Part shown: positions 28,302-36,300 of the stretch, one piece after another
Layout: each line of letters starts with the position of its first letter
Numbering within the stretch: the stretch's first letter is position 1
Source of the DNA: Candidatus Woesearchaeota archaeon
Lineage (GTDB): Archaea > Nanobdellota > Nanobdellia > Woesearchaeales > GW2011-AR4
NCBI GenBank assembly: GCA_016784195.1
Contig: JADHVE010000002.1
Location: 1 to 40,119, forward strand
Reading direction: 5' to 3'
DNA: 40,119 nt
Notes under the pieces: generated by a model
Seen by the model: the letters and a program-made list of their open reading frames with translations, nothing else
What the model was told of the DNA's origin: nothing
Databases searched by the model: none
Made by a program: the position numbers and the translations under genes

Positions 28302-29600
28302 TTACCGCCTTCTATGACTATGTTTAAATCTACTCCCAAATTTAGCATGTTTAGAAAATGATCTTTTATTTTTTGATATGGGGTTAGATTTATGTTTAAA
28401 TCTGGAATTTCTACCAACCTGTTTTTTTGGCGGCGGTTTAGCTGCTGCACCTACTGCGTTTTTAGCAGTTTCTGAATGAAAGGTATGGTCCATAACTTCT
28501 ATTTTTTGCCTTATTAATTTCTCAATATCTCTAAGATAATTCCTTTCATCGGCTGCGCAAAATGAAAATGCTGTTCCATCAGCCCCTGCTCTGGCAGTTC
28601 TTCCAATTCTGTGAATATAGCTTTCCGGTTCGTTTGGAAGTTCAAAATTTATAACATGTGAAATATTATCTATATCTATTCCCCGCGCAGCAATATCAGT
28701 TGCAACTAATACTTTAATTCTGCCATTTTTGAAATTTTTAATAGCTTGATTTCTCGCATTTTGTGATTTATTTCCATGAATTGCATCAGAGAATATATTA
28801 TTTTTGCTAAGAAATAATGCTAATTTATTTGCCCTATGTTTTGTTCGAGTGAAAATTAAAACACGGGTAAGATGTTTCTGTCTTAGAAGTTCGAGTAATA
28901 AATCTTCTTTTGAAGGTTGGTCAATAAAAAATAGGTATTGTTTTACACTCTCAACTGTTGTTGCCTGAGGTGCTACTTCAACATGAATAGGATTTTTAAG
29001 TAAAGTTTTTGCAAGATTATTAATTTCCCGGGACATTGTTGCTGAGAAAAATAATGTCTGTCTTTTTTGTGGTAATCTTGTGATTATTTTTTTAATATCA
29101 TTGATGAAACCCATATCAAGCATTCTATCTGCTTCATCTAATACAAAAAATTCTATATTATTAAGACTAAGTTTTCTTTGATTCATCAAATCTAGTAACC
29201 TACCCGGTGTTGCCACAAGAATATCTACCCCACGAGCTAATGCATGAACTTGTTTTCCCTGGCTCACCCCTCCAAAAATTACAGTGTGTTTAAATTTAAG
29301 AAACTCACCGTATGCAGAAAAACTTTCTCCAATTTGTGCAGCAAGTTCTCGAGTTGGAGCAAGTACTAAAGTCTTAATTATTCTTGGATATTTCTCAGTC
29401 ATCCTTTGCAGTATAGGTAATACAAATGCTGCGGTTTTACCAGTACCTGTTTGTGCAATACCTATCAAATCTTTGCCTAGTAATAAATCAGGGATTGATT
29501 TTGATTGTATTGGTGTAGGTATAGTATACCCTTGTTTAGTTAGCGCTCTTTCGAGTGGAGGTATCAAATTCAGATCTTTAAATAGTAAGGTATTATCCAT
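28302..29600 (-). CDS. DEAD-box RNA helicase, RhlE-like
   Basis: Q motif, [29 protein letters not shown], basic tail. Confidence 0.95.
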   Translation of the reverse strand: MDNTLLFKDLNLIPPLERALTKQGYTIPTPIQSKSIPDLLLGKDLIGIAQTGTGKTAAFVLPILQRMTEKYPRIIKTLVLAPTRELAAQIGESFSAYGEFLKFKHTVIFGGVSQGKQVHALARGVDILVATPGRLLDLMNQRKLSLNNIEFFVLDEADRMLDMGFINDIKKIITRLPQKRQTLFFSATMSREINNLAKTLLKNPIHVEVAPQATTVESVKQYLFFIDQPSKEDLLLELLRQKHLTRVLIFTRTKHRANKLALFLSKNNIFSDAIHGNKSQNARNQAIKNFKNGRIKVLVATDIAARGIDIDNISHVINFELPNEPESYIHRIGRTARAGADGTAFSFCAADERNYLRDIEKLIRQKIEVMDHTFHSETAKNAVGAAAKPPPKKQVGRNSRFKHKSNPISKNKRSFSKHAKFGSRFKHSHRRR

Positions 29601-29669
29601 TATAGCCTAAAATATGCATTGAGTTATAAATGTAAGCTTATTATTGATGTAACTAATGGTGCAAATATA

Positions 29670-30209
29670 TTAATTTAGTTCTCTTTTTAAAATTTTATGG
29701 GCAGAATTTATTTTCTTAAATTTTTCTGTGTTTCCATTGGGCATATCAGGGTGATGTTCTTTTGAAAGATTTTTGTAGTTTTTGTGCATTGTTTCAAAAT
29801 CTGTTGAGGATTCTTCTACACCAAGAATTTCTCTTGCATTTTTTCTTTGTTCAATAATATCATTATCTTCCACAAATAATTTTAAGAATTCTTCCTGAGT
29901 TATTTTATCCTCACTTAAAAGATCAATGAAATACTTAATAACCTGTGCAACCATAGCTAAGTTTTCAACAAACTTTGTAGATCTATTATAACTAAAGAAT
30001 AAATGTTCATTCCACATATACCATGAAGCTGAGGCCTGCGCTTTTCGTATTGTAATACTCTCTAGGGGAATATCCATATCGTCTTCAGTCAACCCAAAAA
30101 CTTTTAGGTAGCCTATTATCTTGTTCTTATATTGCAAAGCTCTTCGATTGTACGAGTCACGAATAGCTATTTGTTTGAAATCATAACCTTTAATATTTAT
30201 CATAGACAT
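29670..30209 (-). CDS. Protein with C-terminal J domain
   Basis: AREILGV...YKNLSKEHHPD...FKKINSAH. Confidence 0.88.
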   Translation of the reverse strand: MSMINIKGYDFKQIAIRDSYNRRALQYKNKIIGYLKVFGLTEDDMDIPLESITIRKAQASASWYMWNEHLFFSYNRSTKFVENLAMVAQVIKYFIDLLSEDKITQEEFLKLFVEDNDIIEQRKNAREILGVEESSTDFETMHKNYKNLSKEHHPDMPNGNTEKFKKINSAHKILKRELN

Positions 30210-30262
30210 CGTTATCCTTATCCTATTTATAAGGTTAACTGTAGCTATTTAAACACAATCTA

Positions 30263-30305
30263 GTATAACATCGGAAATTCCTGTTAGATGAATCATCCCC
30301 TACTA
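30263..30305 (+). repeat. Spacer-repeat copy
   Basis: GTATAAC-ATCGGAAATTCCT-GTTAGAT. Confidence 0.75.
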
Positions 30306-30507
30306 GCGTGCAGTTCAGTTATGATTTTATCGTCAAAGAAGCAGATATTTAACAATTTACAGAATGTTAAAAAATTAAGTTGCTAAGCGTAGCGGGGGTG
30401 AGTCAAGAAAAAGACGTCTTTCACAGAGTGAAACAATACGTTTAGTAAAAGAAGAAAAGGGCAAAAACAAAAAATTTATATTGGTTTTCTCATTTTAAAG
30501 TAATAAA

Positions 30508-31074
30508 ATGTCTGCTAATGGTAATCAACCTCACTTCACGTATAATCTCCATATAACCAATACTGGAGGATATCATCATGATGTTAGTAATTTAACTCTT
30601 CCATTTATATTAACTGTAAATAATCCGTTGAACCTTACTACACAAGATACAACGAAAGAACCAATAAATGTTGGCAATGTAGTAAGGGCGAGCCATGGTG
30701 GGGGTTTAGATCCAAAGAGAAGGGAATCTCATCTTGTTCTTGAAAGCCAATTAAGCGAAGATGAGCTTGGAAAGCTTTTTGAAAATGGTAAATATCTAGA
30801 TGTTAATTCTTATGGTCCGGATTTTAAATTTAATATTTTTGCTGAAAGAAAAGGTGAAGGCAGAATACAAATCAAAGGTGTAACATTTGCTAAACCATTT
30901 CAACCAGGTGATTATGTAAGTATTGATGAGTATAGTGAGATAGGAAGAGTAAAAAGAATTAGTTTTCCCATTGGACCAGGAGTAAAAGAAACTAATCCAA
31001 CTGCTCTGGTGCGAACAATATGGGATATTGAAACCTTAGTTAAACTTCATGATAGATACAGGGGTTGGAAGTAA
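30508..31074 (+). CDS. Hypothetical protein
   Basis: 188 aa ORF with TTTATA about 30 nt upstream. Confidence 0.65.
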   Translation: MSANGNQPHFTYNLHITNTGGYHHDVSNLTLPFILTVNNPLNLTTQDTTKEPINVGNVVRASHGGGLDPKRRESHLVLESQLSEDELGKLFENGKYLDVNSYGPDFKFNIFAERKGEGRIQIKGVTFAKPFQPGDYVSIDEYSEIGRVKRISFPIGPGVKETNPTALVRTIWDIETLVKLHDRYRGWK

Positions 31075-31102
31075 TTGTTTTTGCTCTCTTAACGTTTTTA
31101 GC

Positions 31103-31187
31103 CTTTTTCTCGATTTTGTCTAATATCGGAAATTCCCGTTAAACTCTTTCCCCCTACGAGGTGAGGTCAAACTTCGTCCGAAAAGTA
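31103..31187 (+). repeat. Spacer-repeat copy, about 85 nt
   Basis: CTTTTTCTCGATT, TAATATCGGAAATTCCCGTTAAACTCTTT, AAACTTCGTCCGAAAAGTA. Confidence 0.8.
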
Positions 31188-31250
31188 GAGAAAAAGACCG
31201 TCCAATCAAGCATGAAGTGCTATCAAGGAAAAGAATAAAAGTGGAAAAAG

Positions 31251-31796
31251 TTAAAAAAAGCAGAATATACCTATAAGAATAAATAAAATACCGGCTATAT
31301 ATGAAATAACTCTTCGATTTATTTTTTGTACAATAAACTTACCTAAGTATACAGCTATTATTGATAAAATGATTAATACAGAGATTACACCTAAAAAAAC
31401 CATCAATGTATCGTATTTTGTGGCAAATAATCCTGAAGCAATTTGAGTCTTATCTCCCATTTCTGATATTAAAATAATTGCAAATCCTGTTAGGAAGGGT
31501 TTTTTTAAATCACATTTAGATTCATCTTCCTTATTGTTTACTAAATTGGTTATCCCAAAAATAATAAAAATAATTCCTGAGATTATTTTTATATAATATA
31601 TTGGAACAATATTTGTAATGTAATTTCCTAAAAGGATAGCCAAACCATCTGTTATAATGAATGCTAAAATAACACCGGCCAATAATGGGAGGTATTTTTT
31701 TGTTTTGGAAGCTAAACAAATTACAGCAAGTTGGGTCTTATCACCTAGTTCTGCTAGTCCCACAGCAATAAATGGAATAATAAAATCTTGCATCAT
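31251..31796 (-). CDS. TMEM165/GDT1-family transporter
   Basis: Two E(L/M)GDKTQ motifs. Confidence 0.94.
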   Translation of the reverse strand: MMQDFIIPFIAVGLAELGDKTQLAVICLASKTKKYLPLLAGVILAFIITDGLAILLGNYITNIVPIYYIKIISGIIFIIFGITNLVNNKEDESKCDLKKPFLTGFAIILISEMGDKTQIASGLFATKYDTLMVFLGVISVLIILSIIAVYLGKFIVQKINRRVISYIAGILFILIGIFCFF

Positions 31797-31858
31797 AATT
31801 GACTATATCAAGCGATTATTAATAAATTTAACTTTTTCCGCTATTCTAATTTTCATGT

Positions 31859-31941
31859 CTTTTTCTCGATTAGCATAACATCGCAATTGTTGTTAAACTC
31901 TTTGCCCATACCTAGTATGTAAAAATTTCGACCGAAAAGTA
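31859..31941 (+). repeat. Spacer-repeat copy, about 83 nt
   Basis: CTTTTTCTCGATT, TAACATCGCAATTGTTGTTAAACTCTTT, AAATTTCGACCGAAAAGTA. Confidence 0.8.
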
Positions 31942-32093
31942 AAATTTCCATTTCCAATAGATTCTACCGAAGGCAGACTAAAGTTTAATGGTCTGTTCAG
32001 TCTATCATTAGAGCGTTAGCGGTACTTCAAGAGAAATAATCAAAGTGCACACTCAATAAGGGATAATAACTAATAAAACAAATTGGAATTGAC

Positions 32094-32771
32094 TCATAGG
32101 CATTTAAGGTAAGTACCTTCGTTTAATTTAGAATAACCTTGTGTGATTAATGCTTCTCTAATTGAATCTACTTTATCAGAGGTGGGGTCTATAATAAGTG
32201 CACCTAAGGATTTATTTGATTGGAATAATCTTTTTGATACAACTTCTAAGGTAGGCAAATCTGCTGAAAATCTTTGGTCTGTTAAATATTTTAGAAAGTT
32301 TATACAGAAAATTACATCATAACTATCCGGAGGAATGTCTTGAATTCCTAACACACCAAATCTAAGATTTTTGGCAATATCAGGTTTAGATTCAACCATT
32401 GTTTTTCCATTTGAACCAAGTTCTCTAAAATATCTCAGTCTATCTTCTGCAGTCAGATTTGACCAATGATACTCATAATTTGAATGTGGATCACCAATAA
32501 TCTGACCTGAAGTTGGACAAATAAAATATTGACCCATTTTAGCAGCTTCAATGGCTTCCCTATCTGTATCAAATCCTGACATATTATATTTATATCCTTC
32601 TTTTTCTAGTCCTATTGCAATTGCCAATGCCTCTATGCCAGTAGAACAAGGAACTGTGGCTACTTGTAATGGAATTACATTTGCAAATATTGGAAGTACT
32701 TCTTCTTTCAATGATTCAATAAGGGAGGGATGCCTGTTAAATCCTGTGATTCTCCACACTTTTTCTGCCAT
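32094..32771 (-). CDS. CheR-like SAM methyltransferase
   Basis: PCSTGIEALAIA, GFD, AKMGQY and YDVIFCINFLKYL resemble CheR motifs. Confidence 0.75.
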   Translation of the reverse strand: MAEKVWRITGFNRHPSLIESLKEEVLPIFANVIPLQVATVPCSTGIEALAIAIGLEKEGYKYNMSGFDTDREAIEAAKMGQYFICPTSGQIIGDPHSNYEYHWSNLTAEDRLRYFRELGSNGKTMVESKPDIAKNLRFGVLGIQDIPPDSYDVIFCINFLKYLTDQRFSADLPTLEVVSKRLFQSNKSLGALIIDPTSDKVDSIREALITQGYSKLNEGTYLKCL

Positions 32772-33111
32772 AAATTAAATACAAAAGAGATCATATATAA
32801 ACCTTTCTATCTGTTACTACTATATAATAACATTATTATTAACTGAAGTCTTTCTGAGTGTGCCCCTATCTATAATAAATCATTTGCAGAGCAAAAGACA
32901 ATATGTGATTTAGGACGAATAGACCTGTTTTTAACTATTTATAACTCAAATTTTATTGAACTTAACATGTACAACCAGTTAGGGGTGCACCATTTATAAT
33001 ATGGTTAAGTGAAATAGATTTAGAAAATTTAAGATACTATCCGATAGAAATTGTAGGGCTTGAGCCTGAAAAAGGTTTAATTTAAATATTCTAGTTGATT
33101 AATGGACAAAA

Positions 33112-33702
33112 ATGATAGAATCCATAATTTTTAGCAATGATTTTTTTTTGTATGTAGTTGTCCCTTTTTTAATATTTATCAGTAGAATTATTGACGTCAG
33201 CATTGGAACAATTAGGATCATTTTTGTTTCAAAAGGATATAAAATTTATGCTCCAATCCTCGGTTTTTTTGAGGTATTAATCTGGTTGATAGTCATTAGT
33301 CAGATTATGAATAATCTTTCGAATTTTTATTGTTATTTTGCATATGCTGCTGGTTTTGCTGCTGGAAATTTTGTTGGAATGGTAATTGAGGAAAAATTAT
33401 CTATAGGTAAATCTATAGTCAGGATAATTACAGGCAGAGATTCTTCATCTTTATTGAAAAATCTAAAAGATGCGAGATTTACTGTAACAAGCATGGGCGC
33501 AGAAAGTCCTGATGGAAATGTTCGATCAATATTCACGGTAGTAAAAAAGCAGGATATCCCTAGGGTTATCCAAATAATCAAAGATTTTAATCCCAAGGCA
33601 TTCTATACCCTAGAAGACGTAAGATATGCATATGAAGGTCCTACTATAAATCCGGAAAGGAAGCGTTTTGGGATGATGCAGTTTTTTAGGAAAGGGAAAT
33701 AG
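33112..33702 (+). CDS. DUF2179/UPF0316 membrane protein
   Basis: RIIDVSIGTIR, GFFEVLIW, YAAGFAAGNFVG, NPKAF. Confidence 0.88.
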   Translation: MIESIIFSNDFFLYVVVPFLIFISRIIDVSIGTIRIIFVSKGYKIYAPILGFFEVLIWLIVISQIMNNLSNFYCYFAYAAGFAAGNFVGMVIEEKLSIGKSIVRIITGRDSSSLLKNLKDARFTVTSMGAESPDGNVRSIFTVVKKQDIPRVIQIIKDFNPKAFYTLEDVRYAYEGPTINPERKRFGMMQFFRKGK

Positions 33703-33728
33703 ATTTTTTATTCTTTAATATACAATGA

Positions 33729-33846
33729 TGGACCAGCCGGGATTTGAATTTCCGTGCTGAAAACACTTTTCGAGCATCCCGGAGTCTTTCCCAGTCCAGT
33801 ATCTAAAAAGCCAAGGGAACACGATACCGGATTTCGCCACTGGCCC
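33729..33846 (-). tRNA. tRNA-Ala(GGC) with two introns: 37/38 (33794-33808) and 53/54 (33749-33777)
   Basis: GGGCCAG/CTGGTCC with G3:U70, TTCCC/GGGAA anticodon stem. The 53/54 intron has BHB central helix TCCG/CGGA. Confidence 0.9.
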
Positions 33847-33895
33847 ATTATCAAATTTAGAATAACATCTAATTTAAAAATATTCTCATTAAGAA

Positions 33896-34111
33896 CTATT
33901 GTTTAGCCGCTAACTTTACATCTCCTTCGTGAACAGTTTTCCTTCCGGAGTGTTTTGAAATTTTAACAGCCTGCGTGCCTATTTTTTCCGCTATATTGGT
34001 TAAAATCTCATTAAAAGCATTAACAGCACTGGCAGAAACCCTTTTAGCTCCTGCATTTGTTAAAATCCTGCCTACTGGCGCTTTTGGAATGATACTAACC
34101 TTTCTTCCCAT
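33896..34111 (-). CDS. Archaeal histone
   Basis: IPKAPVGRIL..AGAKRVS...HSGRKTVHEGDVKLA. Confidence 0.94.
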   Translation of the reverse strand: MGRKVSIIPKAPVGRILTNAGAKRVSASAVNAFNEILTNIAEKIGTQAVKISKHSGRKTVHEGDVKLAAKQ

Positions 34112-34287
34112 TAAAAGACCCCCTTTAAGACGATTATCATCAAATAAAACCCCTTTAGTCTTTGCTGATTATTTAATTAAACATATTCTTTATATATCTT
34201 TCGGTTTGTAGTCGGGATATTGGCAGGATAAGATATTTAGATAAAAAACCCAAAACCTTAAATATTAAAAATATTAATCTGTTTTTT

Positions 34288-34782
34288 ATGGCCCTTAAAG
34301 TTCCAAAACAAAAAACATTTACAGGTCCTGCGCTTATATGGAAAAGAGTCCTGGCTTTTGTTATAGACATGTTAATCATAAACTTCATAATCTTATTTCC
34401 ATTCAGAACTTTATTCCAGAAAATGATTCCGGCCTCCCTATCTATTAAAGAAACATTTGAGCTTGCTAATTCAGGAGAATTAAACAGCTTAGTCATATTA
34501 ATAAGTGTGTTTGCATCAATACTGATGATGCTGTATTTCATAATCCTTGAGGGAAGATTAAAGCAAAGTATTGGAAAAATTTTAACAAATATATATGTTG
34601 TTAGTGAAGCAAAAGAATTTAAATTTTGGCAGTTATTAATCAGAAACTTATTCCTAATCCCTGTTTTTCCATTCATTCTTCTGTGGATTGCAGATCCTAT
34701 CTTCATGCTCTTTACAAAAGGCAACAAAAGGTTAAGTGAAATATTAAGCAAAACCAAAGTAGTTGGAGAATATAAATATTAA
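34288..34782 (+). CDS. RDD-family membrane protein
   Basis: WKRVLAFVID, QSIGK, LIRN, RLSEILSKTKVV. Confidence 0.88.
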   Translation: MALKVPKQKTFTGPALIWKRVLAFVIDMLIINFIILFPFRTLFQKMIPASLSIKETFELANSGELNSLVILISVFASILMMLYFIILEGRLKQSIGKILTNIYVVSEAKEFKFWQLLIRNLFLIPVFPFILLWIADPIFMLFTKGNKRLSEILSKTKVVGEYKY

Positions 34783-34809
34783 ACTAAATAAGATAAATGG
34801 TGATGGAAA

Positions 34810-35328
34810 ATGGTAAAACTATGGAGATGTGAAATTTGCGGAGATCCTTATATTGGAGAAACTGCTCCTGACAACTGCCCATTCTGCGGAGCGCATAAAA
34901 ACTACATTAAAGATGTAAAACAAGCTGAAGTTAATTTTGATGTTGAATTAAACGAAAAAGACAAGGCAAATGCAGAGCATGCTTTGCAGGTAGAAGTGAG
35001 TAATGCTGCATTTTATTTCTGCGCTGCCAAAAAAACAGAGGATGCAGAGGGAAAATTACTGTTCAAAGCCCTGGGAAAAGTAGAGGCAGAGCACGCAAGT
35101 ATCTGGAGAAAAATATTAAAGCTTGATACTGTACCTGGGGGAAATGATTCCTGTAATGAAAGCAACAAAGAAAATCTTGAAGAATCACATTCCAGAGAAA
35201 CAAAAGCAATTGAATTTTACAAAAAAGCAGCTGCAGAATCTGAAAATCAGAAGGTTAAGCAGTTATTCGGGGCTTTGGTCGTGGTAGAAACAGACCATCT
35301 GAAGCTTTCAGAGGAACGGTTAGAGTGA
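34810..35328 (+). CDS. Rubredoxin plus ferritin-like protein (reverse-rubrerythrin type)
   Basis: WRCEICG...CPFCG followed by EAEH and ETDH diiron motifs. Confidence 0.88.
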   Translation: MVKLWRCEICGDPYIGETAPDNCPFCGAHKNYIKDVKQAEVNFDVELNEKDKANAEHALQVEVSNAAFYFCAAKKTEDAEGKLLFKALGKVEAEHASIWRKILKLDTVPGGNDSCNESNKENLEESHSRETKAIEFYKKAAAESENQKVKQLFGALVVVETDHLKLSEERLE

Positions 35329-36248
35329 AAAAACAAAAGACCAGATGGGGATTTATAATCCTGGTTGTTGTCTTTTTAATATTATTAGGATTTATTTTTG
35401 CAGGCTTTATTTCTTTATTCACATCAGACATTGAAAATTTTGGCGGAAACACAGCCTTGATTCCTATTAAAGGTGTTATTGTATCTGATGGAGCTGGAGA
35501 TCTATTTGAAGCTGGGGCATCCTCTACTGAAATAATCAAGTTAATCAAAAAAGCAGACTCAAACCCAAATATAAAGGCAATTATCTTTGAAATCAACAGC
35601 CCGGGAGGAACTCCTGTTGCGTCAGAGGAAATTACCAATGCAATAAAAAGAACAAACAAAACCACTGTTGCATGGATAAGAGAAGTAGGAGCATCAGGCG
35701 CTTACTGGATAGCATCTGCAACAGACCACATTGTAGCAAGCAGGATGTCTCTAACAGGATCTATAGGGGTTTTAGCCTCTTATCTAGAATTAGCAGGATT
35801 CTTAGAAGACCATAACGTTACATACAGAAGGCTTGTTGCAGGCAAATACAAGGATATCGGAAGCCCGTTTAAAGAAATAACCTCCAGCGAAGAATTACTG
35901 CTGCAGAAAAGCATAAACCAGCTCCACGATTATTTCATAGATGATGTTGTAAAAAACAGGAAATTAACACAACAACAAAAGCTAAGAATTTCAGATGCTC
36001 TGTTTTATACCGGTGCTGAAGCCAAAGAATTAGGCTTAGTTGATGTTTTAGGAAGCAAAGAAGAAGCAATCAGGTTGATTGAAGATAAATTGGACATAAC
36101 TGTAAATTTGGTAGAATATAAAAAAGAAAAAACAATCTTTGACGCTTTAAGCAGGATTTTCAGCGAGCAGTCCTTTTTTGTAGGTAAGGGAATCGGCTCA
36201 GCCATCTTAAGCAAAAGGCTGAGTAATGAAATAAGCATTACAACTTAA
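35325..36248 (+). CDS. sppA: Signal peptide peptidase, S49 family
   Basis: INSPGG, ASGAYWIAS, TGSIGV, GKYKD. Confidence 0.94.
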   Translation: MKKQKTRWGFIILVVVFLILLGFIFAGFISLFTSDIENFGGNTALIPIKGVIVSDGAGDLFEAGASSTEIIKLIKKADSNPNIKAIIFEINSPGGTPVASEEITNAIKRTNKTTVAWIREVGASGAYWIASATDHIVASRMSLTGSIGVLASYLELAGFLEDHNVTYRRLVAGKYKDIGSPFKEITSSEELLLQKSINQLHDYFIDDVVKNRKLTQQQKLRISDALFYTGAEAKELGLVDVLGSKEEAIRLIEDKLDITVNLVEYKKEKTIFDALSRIFSEQSFFVGKGIGSAILSKRLSNEISITT

Positions 36249-36300
36249 TTTCAGCAAAAGATAAATATAAGCTGTAAAACTAGTTCTTTGTTAATTCAAA

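Noticed and set aside
32988-33015. Bacterial dif-like site (TTAAGTGAAAT resembles a XerD arm)
   Set aside because: TAA-to-TTA spacing is 5 rather than 6 nt and the left arm is poor.
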